From assembly GCA_045658925.1 (NCBI GenBank), contig JAZOVV010000045.1:1763-65762 (forward strand): 64,000 nucleotides of DNA, given 5' to 3'. The translations under genes and the position numbers were made by a program. The DNA comes from Eubacteriales bacterium. GTDB taxonomy: Bacteria > Bacillota > Clostridia > Oscillospirales > CAG-272. Under the pieces are notes generated by a model that saw only the letters and a list, made by a program, of their open reading frames with translations, was not told the origin of the DNA and did not search any database. Position 1 is the first letter of the stretch. Every line of letters begins with the position of its first letter. This document shows positions 1 to 10,700 of this stretch, in pieces.

Positions 1-137
1 TAGCCGCTACGGGCAAAATCGTACGAATGTATTCGTGCTCCTGTGCATCGGCAGGTTCTGCCTTCGCCATCCGTTTGCATAGAAGCGGCACACACAGGAC
101 AGCGCAGCATAGCAAGAACCGTATCCTTCACTGTCAT
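1..137 (-). CDS. rlmA: 23S rRNA m1G methyltransferase RlmA family, 5' part only (runs off the window start)
   Basis: Not in the ORF track. Manual translation from ATG at 137 gives MTVKDTVLAMLRCPVCAASM...CRCTGARIHSYDFARSG, matching the RlmA N-terminal zinc finger (CPxC...C..H.FD.A..GY). ATGA overlap with the kinase stop codon. Confidence 0.75.
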   Translation of the reverse strand, partial: MTVKDTVLAMLRCPVCAASMQTDGEGRTCRCTGARIHSYDFARSG

Positions 138-1660
138 TCCTCCAGTTCTTCTGTTGTTTCGCGCTCACCGAGCGCAGGGGCAAGAATATCGAGTTCGAAC
201 CAGAAGGTAGAACCGCATCCAACCTTACTCTCAACACCGTAAGTGGCATTGTGAAGCTCCAAAACCTCTTTGACGATGGAAAGGCCAAGACCTGTGCCAA
301 TCATCGCACGGCGGTGAACCTTATCCACCTTGTAGTATCTATCCCAAATTTGCGGGATTTCGTCCTCGGCAATGCCATGTCCCGTATCGGTGACGCTGAT
401 GCGTACACGACCGTCGCGCACCTCTTGCTCGACTGTGACAGAAAGGTCGTCTCCGGTGTAGTTGACAGCATTGTTAATCAGGTTATAAAGCACCTGCAAA
501 ATCATTCCTCGGTCTGCAAAAACCGTGGCGCGCTCATTTGAGGCAAAGGTAATGTGATAGCCTTGATGCGCTGTAAAGGCATCGTAGCGTTTCATAATCT
601 CCTCAACAGCGGCTGTCAGGTCAAATTCCTCAAACATCGCCTTGCGCGAACCCGATTGAATTTTGGAAAGATCTAACAGGTCATTGACAAGCTCGGAAAG
701 TCGCGTGGTCTCATCGATAACAACCTGAATATTCTCGGCGGTGTTCTCGCCCGGAATATCACGCATAACCTCGCCGTATCCCTTAATCATGGTCAAGGGG
801 GTACGCAAATCGTGCGAAATGTTGGCAATCAGTTCCTTTTGCAAACGGTCAAGACGTGAAAGCTCATACGACGCATAGTTCAGCGTGTCGGCAAGCTCGC
901 GCGTCTCGCGATATCCCTCACCCGAGAATTCAACGTCATATTTGCCGTATGCCAACTGTTTTGCTGACTCGTTCATTTTAACAAGCGGCGAAGAAATGTG
1001 GCGATAAAGATAAAAAACCATAATACCTGCGCAAATGAGCAAAATTGTGGATATCCAAATAACCTGCGTTTGCAGAATTTGTACGGTTGTGGAAAGAGGT
1101 TGCAGACTTGCGTTTAAAACGATTAAGTACGCACTTTCCCCCTCTCCCTCGACAAGTTGCAAGTGCAACAGTCGAACATTGGAGCCGCCGGATTGTGTTT
1201 TACCATCTTTATCAACAAGCTGCAACCACTTGTGGTCGGTGACCTCAAGTCCTCCAAAGGTAAATTTGCCTGCAAAGCTACCTCCGTTCTCTGCTGCTTT
1301 TTTGCAAAACTGAAAAACCTGCTCTGTGGGCAGCGTTTCACCTGCTTGCCCCGTGGCATCCACGCTGGAAAGCTGTGACACTGTTCTACCTTGAATATGG
1401 TAAACCGCAACACCCATAACACCGTCAAGTGCTTGGTCGTAGGTGTGTATTCCGAGATCCTCTTGCTTAACGTGAAGCGAGAGGATTTGCGCGCTTCGCG
1501 CCATCTCGCGTTTCTTAATCACCTCGTAAAAGTTATTAAGCAAATAGACCTGGAACACCCACATTACCAAAAGGGCTATGGCTACGAAGATAGCAAAATA
1601 GACAATAAGCTTCCAACGGATACTGACGCGGCTGCGTTTTTTTCGCTCGCTTATTTTCAT
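134..1660 (-). CDS. HAMP-domain sensor histidine kinase
   Basis: Two TM segments, HAMP, H-box (ISHDLRTPL), N-box (NLINNAVNY), G1/F/G2 boxes (DTGHG, GTGLGL). Confidence 0.95.
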   Translation of the reverse strand: MKISERKKRSRVSIRWKLIVYFAIFVAIALLVMWVFQVYLLNNFYEVIKKREMARSAQILSLHVKQEDLGIHTYDQALDGVMGVAVYHIQGRTVSQLSSVDATGQAGETLPTEQVFQFCKKAAENGGSFAGKFTFGGLEVTDHKWLQLVDKDGKTQSGGSNVRLLHLQLVEGEGESAYLIVLNASLQPLSTTVQILQTQVIWISTILLICAGIMVFYLYRHISSPLVKMNESAKQLAYGKYDVEFSGEGYRETRELADTLNYASYELSRLDRLQKELIANISHDLRTPLTMIKGYGEVMRDIPGENTAENIQVVIDETTRLSELVNDLLDLSKIQSGSRKAMFEEFDLTAAVEEIMKRYDAFTAHQGYHITFASNERATVFADRGMILQVLYNLINNAVNYTGDDLSVTVEQEVRDGRVRISVTDTGHGIAEDEIPQIWDRYYKVDKVHRRAMIGTGLGLSIVKEVLELHNATYGVESKVGCGSTFWFELDILAPALGERETTEELEE

Positions 1661-2355
1661 ACTTCCTCAAAGCGGTATCCGACACCGCGCAAAGTAACGA
1701 TGTAATTGCTGTAACGTCCAAGGCTCTTGCGGAGCAGCTTGATATGTGTATCCAACGTGCGTGCGTCGCCGAAGAAATCGTAACCCCAAACCTCGCACAA
1801 CAGTTTTTCGCGCGAGAGTGCGATGTTGCGGTTGGCAAGCAGGTAGAAGAACAAATCGTACTCCTTGGGAGACATATCTACGCGCTCGCCATCGATGAAA
1901 ACAAGACGCGCGGTAACGTCGGCGCGCAAGCCGCCGTTATCAAGCTCAACAATGAGATTGGGCTTGCTTGCGGCATTCGCCTGTGCGGGAGCGGTTTTCA
2001 TACGCTTCATAATAGCTTCTACACGCAGCATCAGCTCCTTGGGAGAAAAGGGTTTGATGACATAGTCATCAATGCCCACCTCAAAGCCGTTGATGCGGTC
2101 GTATTCTTCGCCGCGCGCTGAGAGCATAATGATAGGCGTTTGTGTAATCTTACGAATTTCGCGGCAAGCCGAAAAGCCATCGAGCTCGGGCATCATAATA
2201 TCCATTATGATTAGGTCATATTCATTTTTACGGCAAAGCAGAACGGCCTCCATACCGTCACCTGCCTCGGTAACGGTGTGCCCGTCAAACTCTGCGTATT
2301 TACGAATGATGGAACGAATACGAGATTCGTCGTCTACAACTAAAATGTGATACAT
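1657..2355 (-). CDS. OmpR/PhoB-family response regulator
   Basis: Receiver motifs (VVDDE, MDIMMP, KPFS) and winged-helix end (TLRGVGYRF). Overlaps the kinase start. Confidence 0.95.
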   Translation of the reverse strand: MYHILVVDDESRIRSIIRKYAEFDGHTVTEAGDGMEAVLLCRKNEYDLIIMDIMMPELDGFSACREIRKITQTPIIMLSARGEEYDRINGFEVGIDDYVIKPFSPKELMLRVEAIMKRMKTAPAQANAASKPNLIVELDNGGLRADVTARLVFIDGERVDMSPKEYDLFFYLLANRNIALSREKLLCEVWGYDFFGDARTLDTHIKLLRKSLGRYSNYIVTLRGVGYRFEEV

Positions 2356-2382
2356 TCCAGTTCATCCTTTCAAAAAAAGTTT

Positions 2383-3687
2383 TTATTGCAACAAATCCTT
2401 AATGCGGTCGGGAACGTACTCCTGCAAAATAAGATTGCAGGTAATCGTTTCACCCTTGCGGTCAGCCACAATGGTAACGGTATCCCCTACCTTACATTTT
2501 GAGAAGATATCCTTAATTTCGCTGGTTGTCTTTATTTCAATGCCGTTTACGGAAACGATGCGGTCAAGAATTTTGAGCTCGGTAGCATATTCGGATTCGG
2601 TTACGTATACGCCTACCTCTTCAATGCCGTATCGGTTATAATAAAGCGGCAGATAATCTCTGGTGACGTCAAAAAGCGTCAAACCGTGGTCAATGACACC
2701 GCGCACGTATCCGTACTGCATCAAATCAAGCTGAACGGGATAGGCGGAGTCAATCGGAATGGCAAACGCAAGTCCTTCTACCCCGCTGGCGGAATATTTG
2801 GAGTTGACAATGCCAATCAGCTCTCCTGCAAGGTTGAAAAGTCCGCCGCCCGAGTTGCCCGAGTTGATGGCAGCATCGGTTTGAATCAAGGTCATCACCA
2901 CGCCTTCCTCAACCTGAACCACACGCTCGGTTGCACTGATATAACCTACGGTTACGCTACCTCCGAGCAATCCCAACGGATTGCCGATGGCAACCACTTG
3001 CTCACCTGCAACAAGGTCGGCACTGTGACCTTGCTCAACGAAGGTAAGTGCTTCATCAGCCGAAATCTTCAAAACGGCAAGGTCGCTTGCGTCATCACTG
3101 CCGACAAGAGCTGCCTCATACACTTTTTTGTTGCGAAGCGTTACCATAATAGACGTTGCACCTTCTACAACGTGATTGCAGGTAAGGATATATCCGTCGG
3201 CGGAGATAATCACGCCGCTCCCCGCGCTTGTTGAAGTGGTGGGATTGCCCCAAATAGAAGAGCCCGAAATGGTTACGTTGATAACCACTACCGCATCCTG
3301 CACTTTGTGAACAACACCAGATACTGCAAAGGCGTCCTCGCCTGCCGAGCCGTAAATGGAAGGGTCGGGCTCGGGACGTGTGATTACAGATTCGGGATTT
3401 TCGCAAAGAAGATTTTCGGTAGTAATCTCTTCGTATTGCTCGCCGTAATACTGACGGTTAAGGCACAACGCCCCCATTGCTCCCCCAAATCCTGCCGCAA
3501 AAGAAAGAAGAATGCACAAAAGAGCGCCAAAGAAAGATTTTCCGCGGCGTTTGCGGCGCAAGCGACGCTCTTGACGGCGTTGCTTTTTGGTATAGGCGTA
3601 ATCGGGTTGTTTCACTTCTCCTGTATAATCGAAATATGAGTTTTCAAATTGTGAATTTTGGTCTTGCATACTGATTGAGTCCTCCAC
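2383..3687 (-). CDS. htrA: HtrA/DegP-like membrane-anchored serine protease with PDZ domain
   Basis: Catalytic triad motifs TCNHVV, DLAVL, GNSGG. N-terminal TM helix and C-terminal PDZ-like region. Confidence 0.92.
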   Translation of the reverse strand: MEDSISMQDQNSQFENSYFDYTGEVKQPDYAYTKKQRRQERRLRRKRRGKSFFGALLCILLSFAAGFGGAMGALCLNRQYYGEQYEEITTENLLCENPESVITRPEPDPSIYGSAGEDAFAVSGVVHKVQDAVVVINVTISGSSIWGNPTTSTSAGSGVIISADGYILTCNHVVEGATSIMVTLRNKKVYEAALVGSDDASDLAVLKISADEALTFVEQGHSADLVAGEQVVAIGNPLGLLGGSVTVGYISATERVVQVEEGVVMTLIQTDAAINSGNSGGGLFNLAGELIGIVNSKYSASGVEGLAFAIPIDSAYPVQLDLMQYGYVRGVIDHGLTLFDVTRDYLPLYYNRYGIEEVGVYVTESEYATELKILDRIVSVNGIEIKTTSEIKDIFSKCKVGDTVTIVADRKGETITCNLILQEYVPDRIKDLLQ

Positions 3688-3864
3688 GCGTTTTGACCTT
3701 TAGAAATTATACTGCCATTTTACCGTGCAAATGTGATAAATACTTGACGGAGCAAGAAAAAAACATTGAAAAATGAGCGGATATCTTGCTTTTTGAGCAA
3801 TGTTTTGCTATAATAGTAGTGATATTAGTTATATTATAGCACAAAATGTCGGAAAGAAAAAGAG

Positions 3865-4695
3865 ATGTTTGAAAATTTGTTGAATTTTTTGCAAAAAAAG
3901 AATATTGACCTTGTGGGGGCGGTGCCACTATCGGCGTGCCGCATCATTCGCCCCTACCTTTTGGAGCGCGCAAATATCACAAGCGGAACCGTCATTATGC
4001 TGGCTGTCCCCTACTTTAGTCGCGCTTGCGAGGATGATGACCGATGCATCTCTGCCTATGCCGTTTCCCGCGATTACCATCTCTTTTTTAAAGAGCTTTA
4101 CGATGAATTGTTGCCTTTTTTGGCGAAAAAACACCCAAATCACTCCTTTGCCGCTTTTGCCGACCACTCCCCCATTAGTGAATTGCACGCAGCGGCTCGT
4201 GCAGGTCTTGGCATCATTGGCAAAAACGGGCTTCTTTTGACAGAAAAATACGGTTCCTACGTCTTTTTGGGCGAGGTCATTACCGATATGGAAATCCCCT
4301 GTGAGGCACAAGAGGTCAAGTTCTGCCCCGATTGCGGTGCTTGCGCAAACGCTTGCCCCTCGATTGTGAGTGAGAAGAGTGTCTGTCTTTCGGCTCTCTC
4401 GCAAAAGAAAGGCGCTTTGAGCGAGGAAGAAGAAAAAATCCTACTTGAAACCAACACCGTTTGGGGATGTGACAGATGTCAGGAATGCTGCCCTTACAAT
4501 CAACGCGCCAAAAAAGCAGGCAGTATTTATTCGCCAATTCCGTTTTTTAATGAAAACACTCTCTCCTGCCCCACTGTGCAAGAGATAGAAAATATGTCCG
4601 ACACGGATTTTGCGGCGCGTGCCTATTCTTGGCGCGGTCGTGAAACAATCTTGAGAAATTTGCGCCTTGGCAAGAAAGGAGACACACAATGTTAA
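3865..4695 (+). CDS. queG: Epoxyqueuosine reductase (Fe-S, QueG family)
   Basis: SRDYH, AGLGIIGKNG, CxxCxxCxxxCP and WGCDxCQxCCP motifs. Confidence 0.85.
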   Translation: MFENLLNFLQKKNIDLVGAVPLSACRIIRPYLLERANITSGTVIMLAVPYFSRACEDDDRCISAYAVSRDYHLFFKELYDELLPFLAKKHPNHSFAAFADHSPISELHAAARAGLGIIGKNGLLLTEKYGSYVFLGEVITDMEIPCEAQEVKFCPDCGACANACPSIVSEKSVCLSALSQKKGALSEEEEKILLETNTVWGCDRCQECCPYNQRAKKAGSIYSPIPFFNENTLSCPTVQEIENMSDTDFAARAYSWRGRETILRNLRLGKKGDTQC

Positions 4696-7600
4696 AATTG
4701 ATATGCGGCCCCTCGGGCTCCGGTAAAACCGAATATTTGACCGGCTGTATTGAAGCGGACATTCGTGCAGGTGTGCGCTCCTTTTTGCTCATTCCCGAGC
4801 AACAAGCATACATCAGCGAACGCGACCTTGCCGCAAGACTCCCCAAAAATGCAGGTCTGTTTTTTGAAGTCGTCAGCTTTTCGGGTCTTGCCGAAAAGGT
4901 CTTTTGCAAGTATGGCGGCGTTACGGCAGAATCGGTCAGCGGTGCGGTATCCTCTCTTTTGATGTGGCACACGCTCGCCACCCTCTCTCCTCTCCTTGAG
5001 CAATACGGCAAGAGTGCCGAGGGCGACCTAACGTTGACAAATTTGATGCTCTCCGCCGTTGCGGAAATGCGCGCGGGCGGTGTAAGTGCCAAGGCTTTGG
5101 AAGATGCCGCCTCGCAGATGGAAGCGGGCTCGCCTTTGCAAAAGAAGCTCTCTGACCTCGCTCTCATCGATGCCGCTTATCACGCAAAAATTGAGGAATG
5201 CTTTGGCTCCGACCCCTCGGACAAGCTTTTGCGCCTCTCCGCACTGTTACAAAAACACCGCTATTTTGAAAATTGCAACGTCTATATTGATTCCTTTACA
5301 AGCTTCACCGTACCCGAATACGCAGTTTTGTTGCAGGTTTTGAGGCAAGCTAAGTGTGTAACCGTATCTCTTTGCACCGAAGGTGCAAATTCAAAGCTGC
5401 CGCATTTTTTGTCGGTGAGTGACACTGCAAGACAACTCTCCCACCTTGCTAACCGCGCCGACGTGGAAGTGGAATACCTGACGCTTTCCCCCACGCAAGC
5501 CCAAAAGTCGCAGGCACTTTGCGTACTTGGCAAGGATTTGTGGCGTTTTTCGGCAAGTCAAACACCTCTTACCGATGATAAGTCTGTTCGTTTGAGCGTT
5601 GCCGCGAACGTTTATGAAGAATCCGAAGCAGCTACCTTGCAGATTTGCGAATTGGTGGCGGACGGTATGCGTTACGGTGACATTGCCGTTGTCGTTCGTG
5701 ACCTTGATGCGTATCGCGGCATTCTCGATGCCGCTCTGGAAAGACACGGCATTCCCTACTTCTTCTCGGAGCGAACCGACCTTGCATCCAAACCTATCTT
5801 CCGTCTTATTCTCTCTGCGCTCCGCGCCGTCAGTCGCAACTGGCGACAAAGCGATATGATTACGCTCCTTAAAACGGGACTTTGCGGAACAGAGTTGCGC
5901 GATGCCGCGATGTTTGAAGAATACGTTGAGACTTGGCACATTGGCGGCAATCGCTTTTTGGATGCCGTTTGGAACATGAACCCCGACGGTCTTACCACCG
6001 AGCGTTCTGCACGTGCCGAGGAGATTTTGGCTGCCGCCAACCGCGTACGCCTTCAGTTAATGACACCGCTCTCGGCTCTTTCGGCATCCCTGCGCGCATC
6101 TTGCCGTTTGGAGGACCGTTGCCGCGCGCTTTATGAATACCTCACCGCGATTGAGCTCCCCGCTATGCTCGCATCCCGCGCAAAAGAAGAGTTGGCACTC
6201 GGTCAAGTACGCGAAGCGAGCGAGAGCTTGCGTCTCTATTCCACCCTTTTGGATACTTTAACCACACTTTGTAAATTACTTCCCGATGCAGAGCTCTCGA
6301 TTGAAGACTTTATTGCTGCCTTGACCTTGGTATTTAGCAATGCTGACCTTGGTTCTGTTCCCACCACGCAAGATTCTGTTGTCATCGGCTCTGCCGACAC
6401 TTTACGTGTAGAGAACGTACGCGCCTCTATTTTGTTGGGACTGTGCGAGGGAGAATTCCCCCGCGCGGTGAGCGACGACGGCATTTTGACCGAAGCCGAC
6501 AAGGAAACGCTTGAGGAATACGGTGTCATTTTGCAATCTCGCGAGCGTATGCGCTCCTCCGAAGAGTTGTTTTACGCTTACCGCGCGATGAGTAAGCCGA
6601 GCGAATTCCTCTCGCTCTTTACGCACGCAAAGCAAACCGACGGCTCGGCTCGCACACCCTCACTTGCTTTTAACCGCGTAGCGTTTTTGCTCGATAAAAA
6701 ACCCGAGGTCATCGATTTTGCGGAAATTCGTCGCGCGCGCGCGCTACCTTCGAATGAAGAATTGCAAAAGCCTTTGCAAGCTCCCGCAACCGAGGGGCGT
6801 GTGGCTTTGCGCCTCTCGCAATCAAAAATTCAAGCCTTTGTGCTTTGTCCCTACCGTTATTACAGCACCTATTCGCTGAAATTGAGAGAGCGAAAAGACT
6901 CTCAACCCAGTTATGCCGACGACGGCACGTTTTTGCACTACGTCTTTGAGCATTTTTTGCGTACATCCCTTACCGATGACGGCAAGCTGGCCCTTCCCGC
7001 TCCCGAGGACGTTGAACCCCTTGCCGACCGCATCATTGCCGATTATATTGGCGAGGTCTGCCCCTTCCCTGCCGAGAGCATGGACAACCGCTTGCTCCAT
7101 TTGTATTCCCGTCTGCGCCGACTGGCTCTGAAAATGCTGCACGAAATTCTCGGCGAGGTTCGCACGGGACTTTTTGTGCCCACCTATTTTGAAAAAGGCA
7201 TTGGCACGCGCGACGAGGGCAGCTTGCCTCCCGTACGGCTAACACTTGAGAATGGTAGTTCCGTTCTGCTCAGCGGTAAAATTGACCGCGTGGACATTTA
7301 TGAGAATGACGAAAAGCTCTACTTCCGCGTTGTGGACTACAAGAGCGGAAAGCACACCTTCTCGCTTGACGAGGTGCGCTCGGGTATGGATATTCAGCTC
7401 ATTCTTTATCTGTTTGCACTCAATGGAGCAATGCCAAATGCCACCCCCGCAGGTGCACAGTATCTCTTTGCCTCTACCGAAAAAGGCGTAACCGAAATCA
7501 AACGAAGCGGCTTGCTGCTTGACGATGAGACCGTTTCTGCTGCCGTAAACGGAGAAAGTGAGAGCGTTTACTCCAAGGGACTGACAAAACAAACGATGGA

Positions 7601-7751
7601 AGAGATGCAACAGCTGCAACAGGAAATGCAGGATGCCGTCCGCTCGGTTGCCGAGCGTATTCTTTCGGGCGAAGCCGAAAAAACGCCCAGCGAAAAGGCT
7701 TGCGCCTTTTGCCCCGTTCGCGCGGACTGTAATCGCGCATATCATCGCTGA
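4689..7751 (+). CDS. addB: ATP-dependent helicase/nuclease subunit B
   Basis: GPSGSGKT, IPEQ, nuclease motif GKIDRVD...VVDYKSG, Fe-S cysteines (CPYRYY plus CxxCxxxxxC). Directly upstream of addA. Confidence 0.93.
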   Translation: MLKLICGPSGSGKTEYLTGCIEADIRAGVRSFLLIPEQQAYISERDLAARLPKNAGLFFEVVSFSGLAEKVFCKYGGVTAESVSGAVSSLLMWHTLATLSPLLEQYGKSAEGDLTLTNLMLSAVAEMRAGGVSAKALEDAASQMEAGSPLQKKLSDLALIDAAYHAKIEECFGSDPSDKLLRLSALLQKHRYFENCNVYIDSFTSFTVPEYAVLLQVLRQAKCVTVSLCTEGANSKLPHFLSVSDTARQLSHLANRADVEVEYLTLSPTQAQKSQALCVLGKDLWRFSASQTPLTDDKSVRLSVAANVYEESEAATLQICELVADGMRYGDIAVVVRDLDAYRGILDAALERHGIPYFFSERTDLASKPIFRLILSALRAVSRNWRQSDMITLLKTGLCGTELRDAAMFEEYVETWHIGGNRFLDAVWNMNPDGLTTERSARAEEILAAANRVRLQLMTPLSALSASLRASCRLEDRCRALYEYLTAIELPAMLASRAKEELALGQVREASESLRLYSTLLDTLTTLCKLLPDAELSIEDFIAALTLVFSNADLGSVPTTQDSVVIGSADTLRVENVRASILLGLCEGEFPRAVSDDGILTEADKETLEEYGVILQSRERMRSSEELFYAYRAMSKPSEFLSLFTHAKQTDGSARTPSLAFNRVAFLLDKKPEVIDFAEIRRARALPSNEELQKPLQAPATEGRVALRLSQSKIQAFVLCPYRYYSTYSLKLRERKDSQPSYADDGTFLHYVFEHFLRTSLTDDGKLALPAPEDVEPLADRIIADYIGEVCPFPAESMDNRLLHLYSRLRRLALKMLHEILGEVRTGLFVPTYFEKGIGTRDEGSLPPVRLTLENGSSVLLSGKIDRVDIYENDEKLYFRVVDYKSGKHTFSLDEVRSGMDIQLILYLFALNGAMPNATPAGAQYLFASTEKGVTEIKRSGLLLDDETVSAAVNGESESVYSKGLTKQTMEEMQQLQQEMQDAVRSVAERILSGEAEKTPSEKACAFCPVRADCNRAYHR

Positions 7752-7765
7752 AAGGAGTTGATTTG

Positions 7766-10700
7766 ATGGGTAGAACTTGGACCCCCTCGCAAGAGGCCGC
7801 TATGCAGATTGACGGCAAGACCTTGCTCGTATCTGCCGCCGCAGGCTCGGGTAAGACAAGTGTTTTGACCGAGCGCATCATTCGCAAACTGACCGATACC
7901 GAGCACCCCGCAGACCTCTCCCGTATGCTCATTGTTACCTTTACACGCGCCGCCGCGGCAGAGCTCAAGGGTAGAATTGCAAAAGCATTGACCGATGCGA
8001 TGGCAATCGACCCCGAAAACGCACACCTTTCGCGCCAGCTCTTTTTGTTGGGTAGCGCACAGATTTCTACCATTGATGCTTTCTTCCAAAAGGCAGTTCG
8101 TGCAAATTTTGAGCGTCTTTCGCTCCCCGCATCCTTCCGTATGGCGGATGAAGCCGAGGTGCTCCCCATTGCCGCCGAAATTATGGACGGGCTTTTGGAA
8201 GAATACTACGACCGATACGCCCAAAACAGCGCGCAAAGCTCTCCCTTTGCAAAGCTGCAAAACAATCCCTTTGCCGAAACGCTCGACCACTTGATGTCGG
8301 GACGCAGTGATGGCAAATTGGGCTCTGTTTTGCGTGAATTTCTTGCCCGTTTTTCGGCAGAGCCCGAGGGTGTCGACATTCTCGGTCGATTTGCAAAAGA
8401 GCTGAACGAGGCGGCAAATACCGAATATTTTACCACCTCTTACGGCTCGGTTGTGCGCAATTATCTTTTGGATTTGTTCGAGGGCTACATCGCCTTTTTG
8501 CAAAAAATCGAGGCACATCTCGACTCTGCCCCCGATATGCGCGCGAAATTCGCAGGTATTGTAGAGTCGGATATGGCTTACTGCCGCGCAATGAAAGAAG
8601 CTCTTGAAAAAGGCATCTATGCGCGCGCACGCGAGGTGGCAGTCACCTTTCTCAGCGGTCGTTTTCCCACATCAAAAGAGAAAACCAACGAAATCATCGC
8701 TTATCAAGAATGGCGAGGCAAGTTTAAAAACGATATTACCAAGCGTGTGCAAACACTTTTGCAGTTCCCTGCCGAAATCATCTCGGAGCAAATGCGCCGC
8801 ACCGCTCTGCCCGCCGAAATTCTTTACCGTTTTTACAGTGAATACACCGCTCGCCTTCTTGGCGAAAAGTTAGAGCGCGGTCTCTTGGAATTCGACGACG
8901 TGCGCGCAATGCTTTATAAGCTGCTCACCGATGAGAACGGCTCCCCCACGCCTTTTGCCGAGGAGCTTGCTGCTTCCTATGATGCCGTTTACATTGACGA
9001 GTATCAGGACGTGGACTATTTGCAAGACCGCATCTTCTCGCTCATTGGAAAGAACCGCCGCTTTATGGTTGGCGATATTAAGCAAAGTATTTATGGATTT
9101 CGCGGCAGCGAACCTTCTATTTTTGCGGGTTACAGGCGCGAAATGCCGCTCCATACCGCTCCCGAAGCCAAAAATGCCGATGGCGTTTGCGTATTTATGT
9201 CAGACAACTTCCGTTGCGATAAGCCCGTAATCGACTTTGCCAATAAGGTATGCTCTTTCCTCTTTTCTGCTTGTGAAAGCTCCGTCGGGTACCGTCCGCA
9301 GGACGACCTTGTGTGCTCCAAGTCCACAGACGGAATTGTTGCTCCCAAGCATCCCGTTCCCGTAACGCTTGCGGTGTTTGATGCACCCCCACACAAAAAA
9401 ACACGCACAGAGGACGAGGACGATGCCGAGGACGTACGCGAGGAAGCGGTTTGGGTTGCCGCTGAGATTTCCCGTCTTTTACGAGAAGAAACGCTCGACA
9501 ACGGCGCTCCTATTCGCCCCTCGGACATTGCCATTCTTGTTCGCAACAAGTCTCACGGCGCAACCTACACCGATGAATTGACAAAGTTAGGCGTTCCCGT
9601 ACTGTCGCCTACCTCTTCGGATATGGCGCAAGACCCCCTGCTTTACGATATGCTCAATCTGCTCAAGAGCGTGGACAACCCATGGCGTGATCTGCCGCTC
9701 TCGGAGTTTTTACTCTCGCCTCTCGGCGGATTTGATTTGGAAGAGCTCTGCGAAATTCGTGCATCTTCCGAGTCCTCTACCGCACTCTACGACGGACTTT
9801 TGACCGTATCAGAGGATGAAAGCCATCCACTTTGTGCAAAATGCTCCACCCTTCTCTCTTGGCTTGACCAAATGCGCCGCTTGGCAGATGCACAACCTGC
9901 AGACCGCTTTTTGCGCCTGCTCTACCAAGACGACCGCGTAGCACATCTTTCGGATAAGCCCGTGCTCCTCTATCTTTACGAGCAGGCACGCATTTATCAA
10001 AAGAATGCCTTTTGCGGTCTTTACGGCTTTCTTTCTCACTTTGCAAAGCTCCTTGAGGGCGACAAGCTCTCGGGAGAAGGCTTTGGCACGAGCGAAGATG
10101 CTGTTACTGTCATGACGGTTCACCACTCAAAGGGGCTTGAATTTCCCGTAGTTTTCCTATCCTCTACGGGCTCTCCCTTTAACAAGGATGACCTTAAGAA
10201 AAACCTGCTCTATCACCGCGAAGTCGGCATTGCCTGCCGCCTTTATGATGAAGATTCGGGTAACCTTGAGAATACTGCCCTGCGTGCGGCTCTCTCACTC
10301 AAGGTAGACGAAGAACAGGTGGAAGAATCCATCCGTACACTCTACGTTGCGCTCACGCGCGCAAGAGAGAGAATGTACGTCAGCGGAACACTTTCGGGTA
10401 AATGGGAAACCGCAATGACCAATGCCTCTCTCATTCGCAGAGGCAACCGCGCATCCATTCTCGGCGCTTCCAATATGCTTTCTTGGATTCTCGCGGCTCT
10501 TTATGAGGGCGGTTCTCTTTCGGATTCTTTGCCATTAACGGTGGTGCATCCCCTTTACGGTGAGGTCGAGCGCGGACTTCCTATCTCCGTCGGCGCGACT
10601 GCGCCCGATAAGGATGTCGTTCTCTCGCCCGTAGCCGAGCGTTACGCCGCTATTTACCGCGCAAAAGGAAAAGCAGAATATCCTTATGCATTTTTGCAAG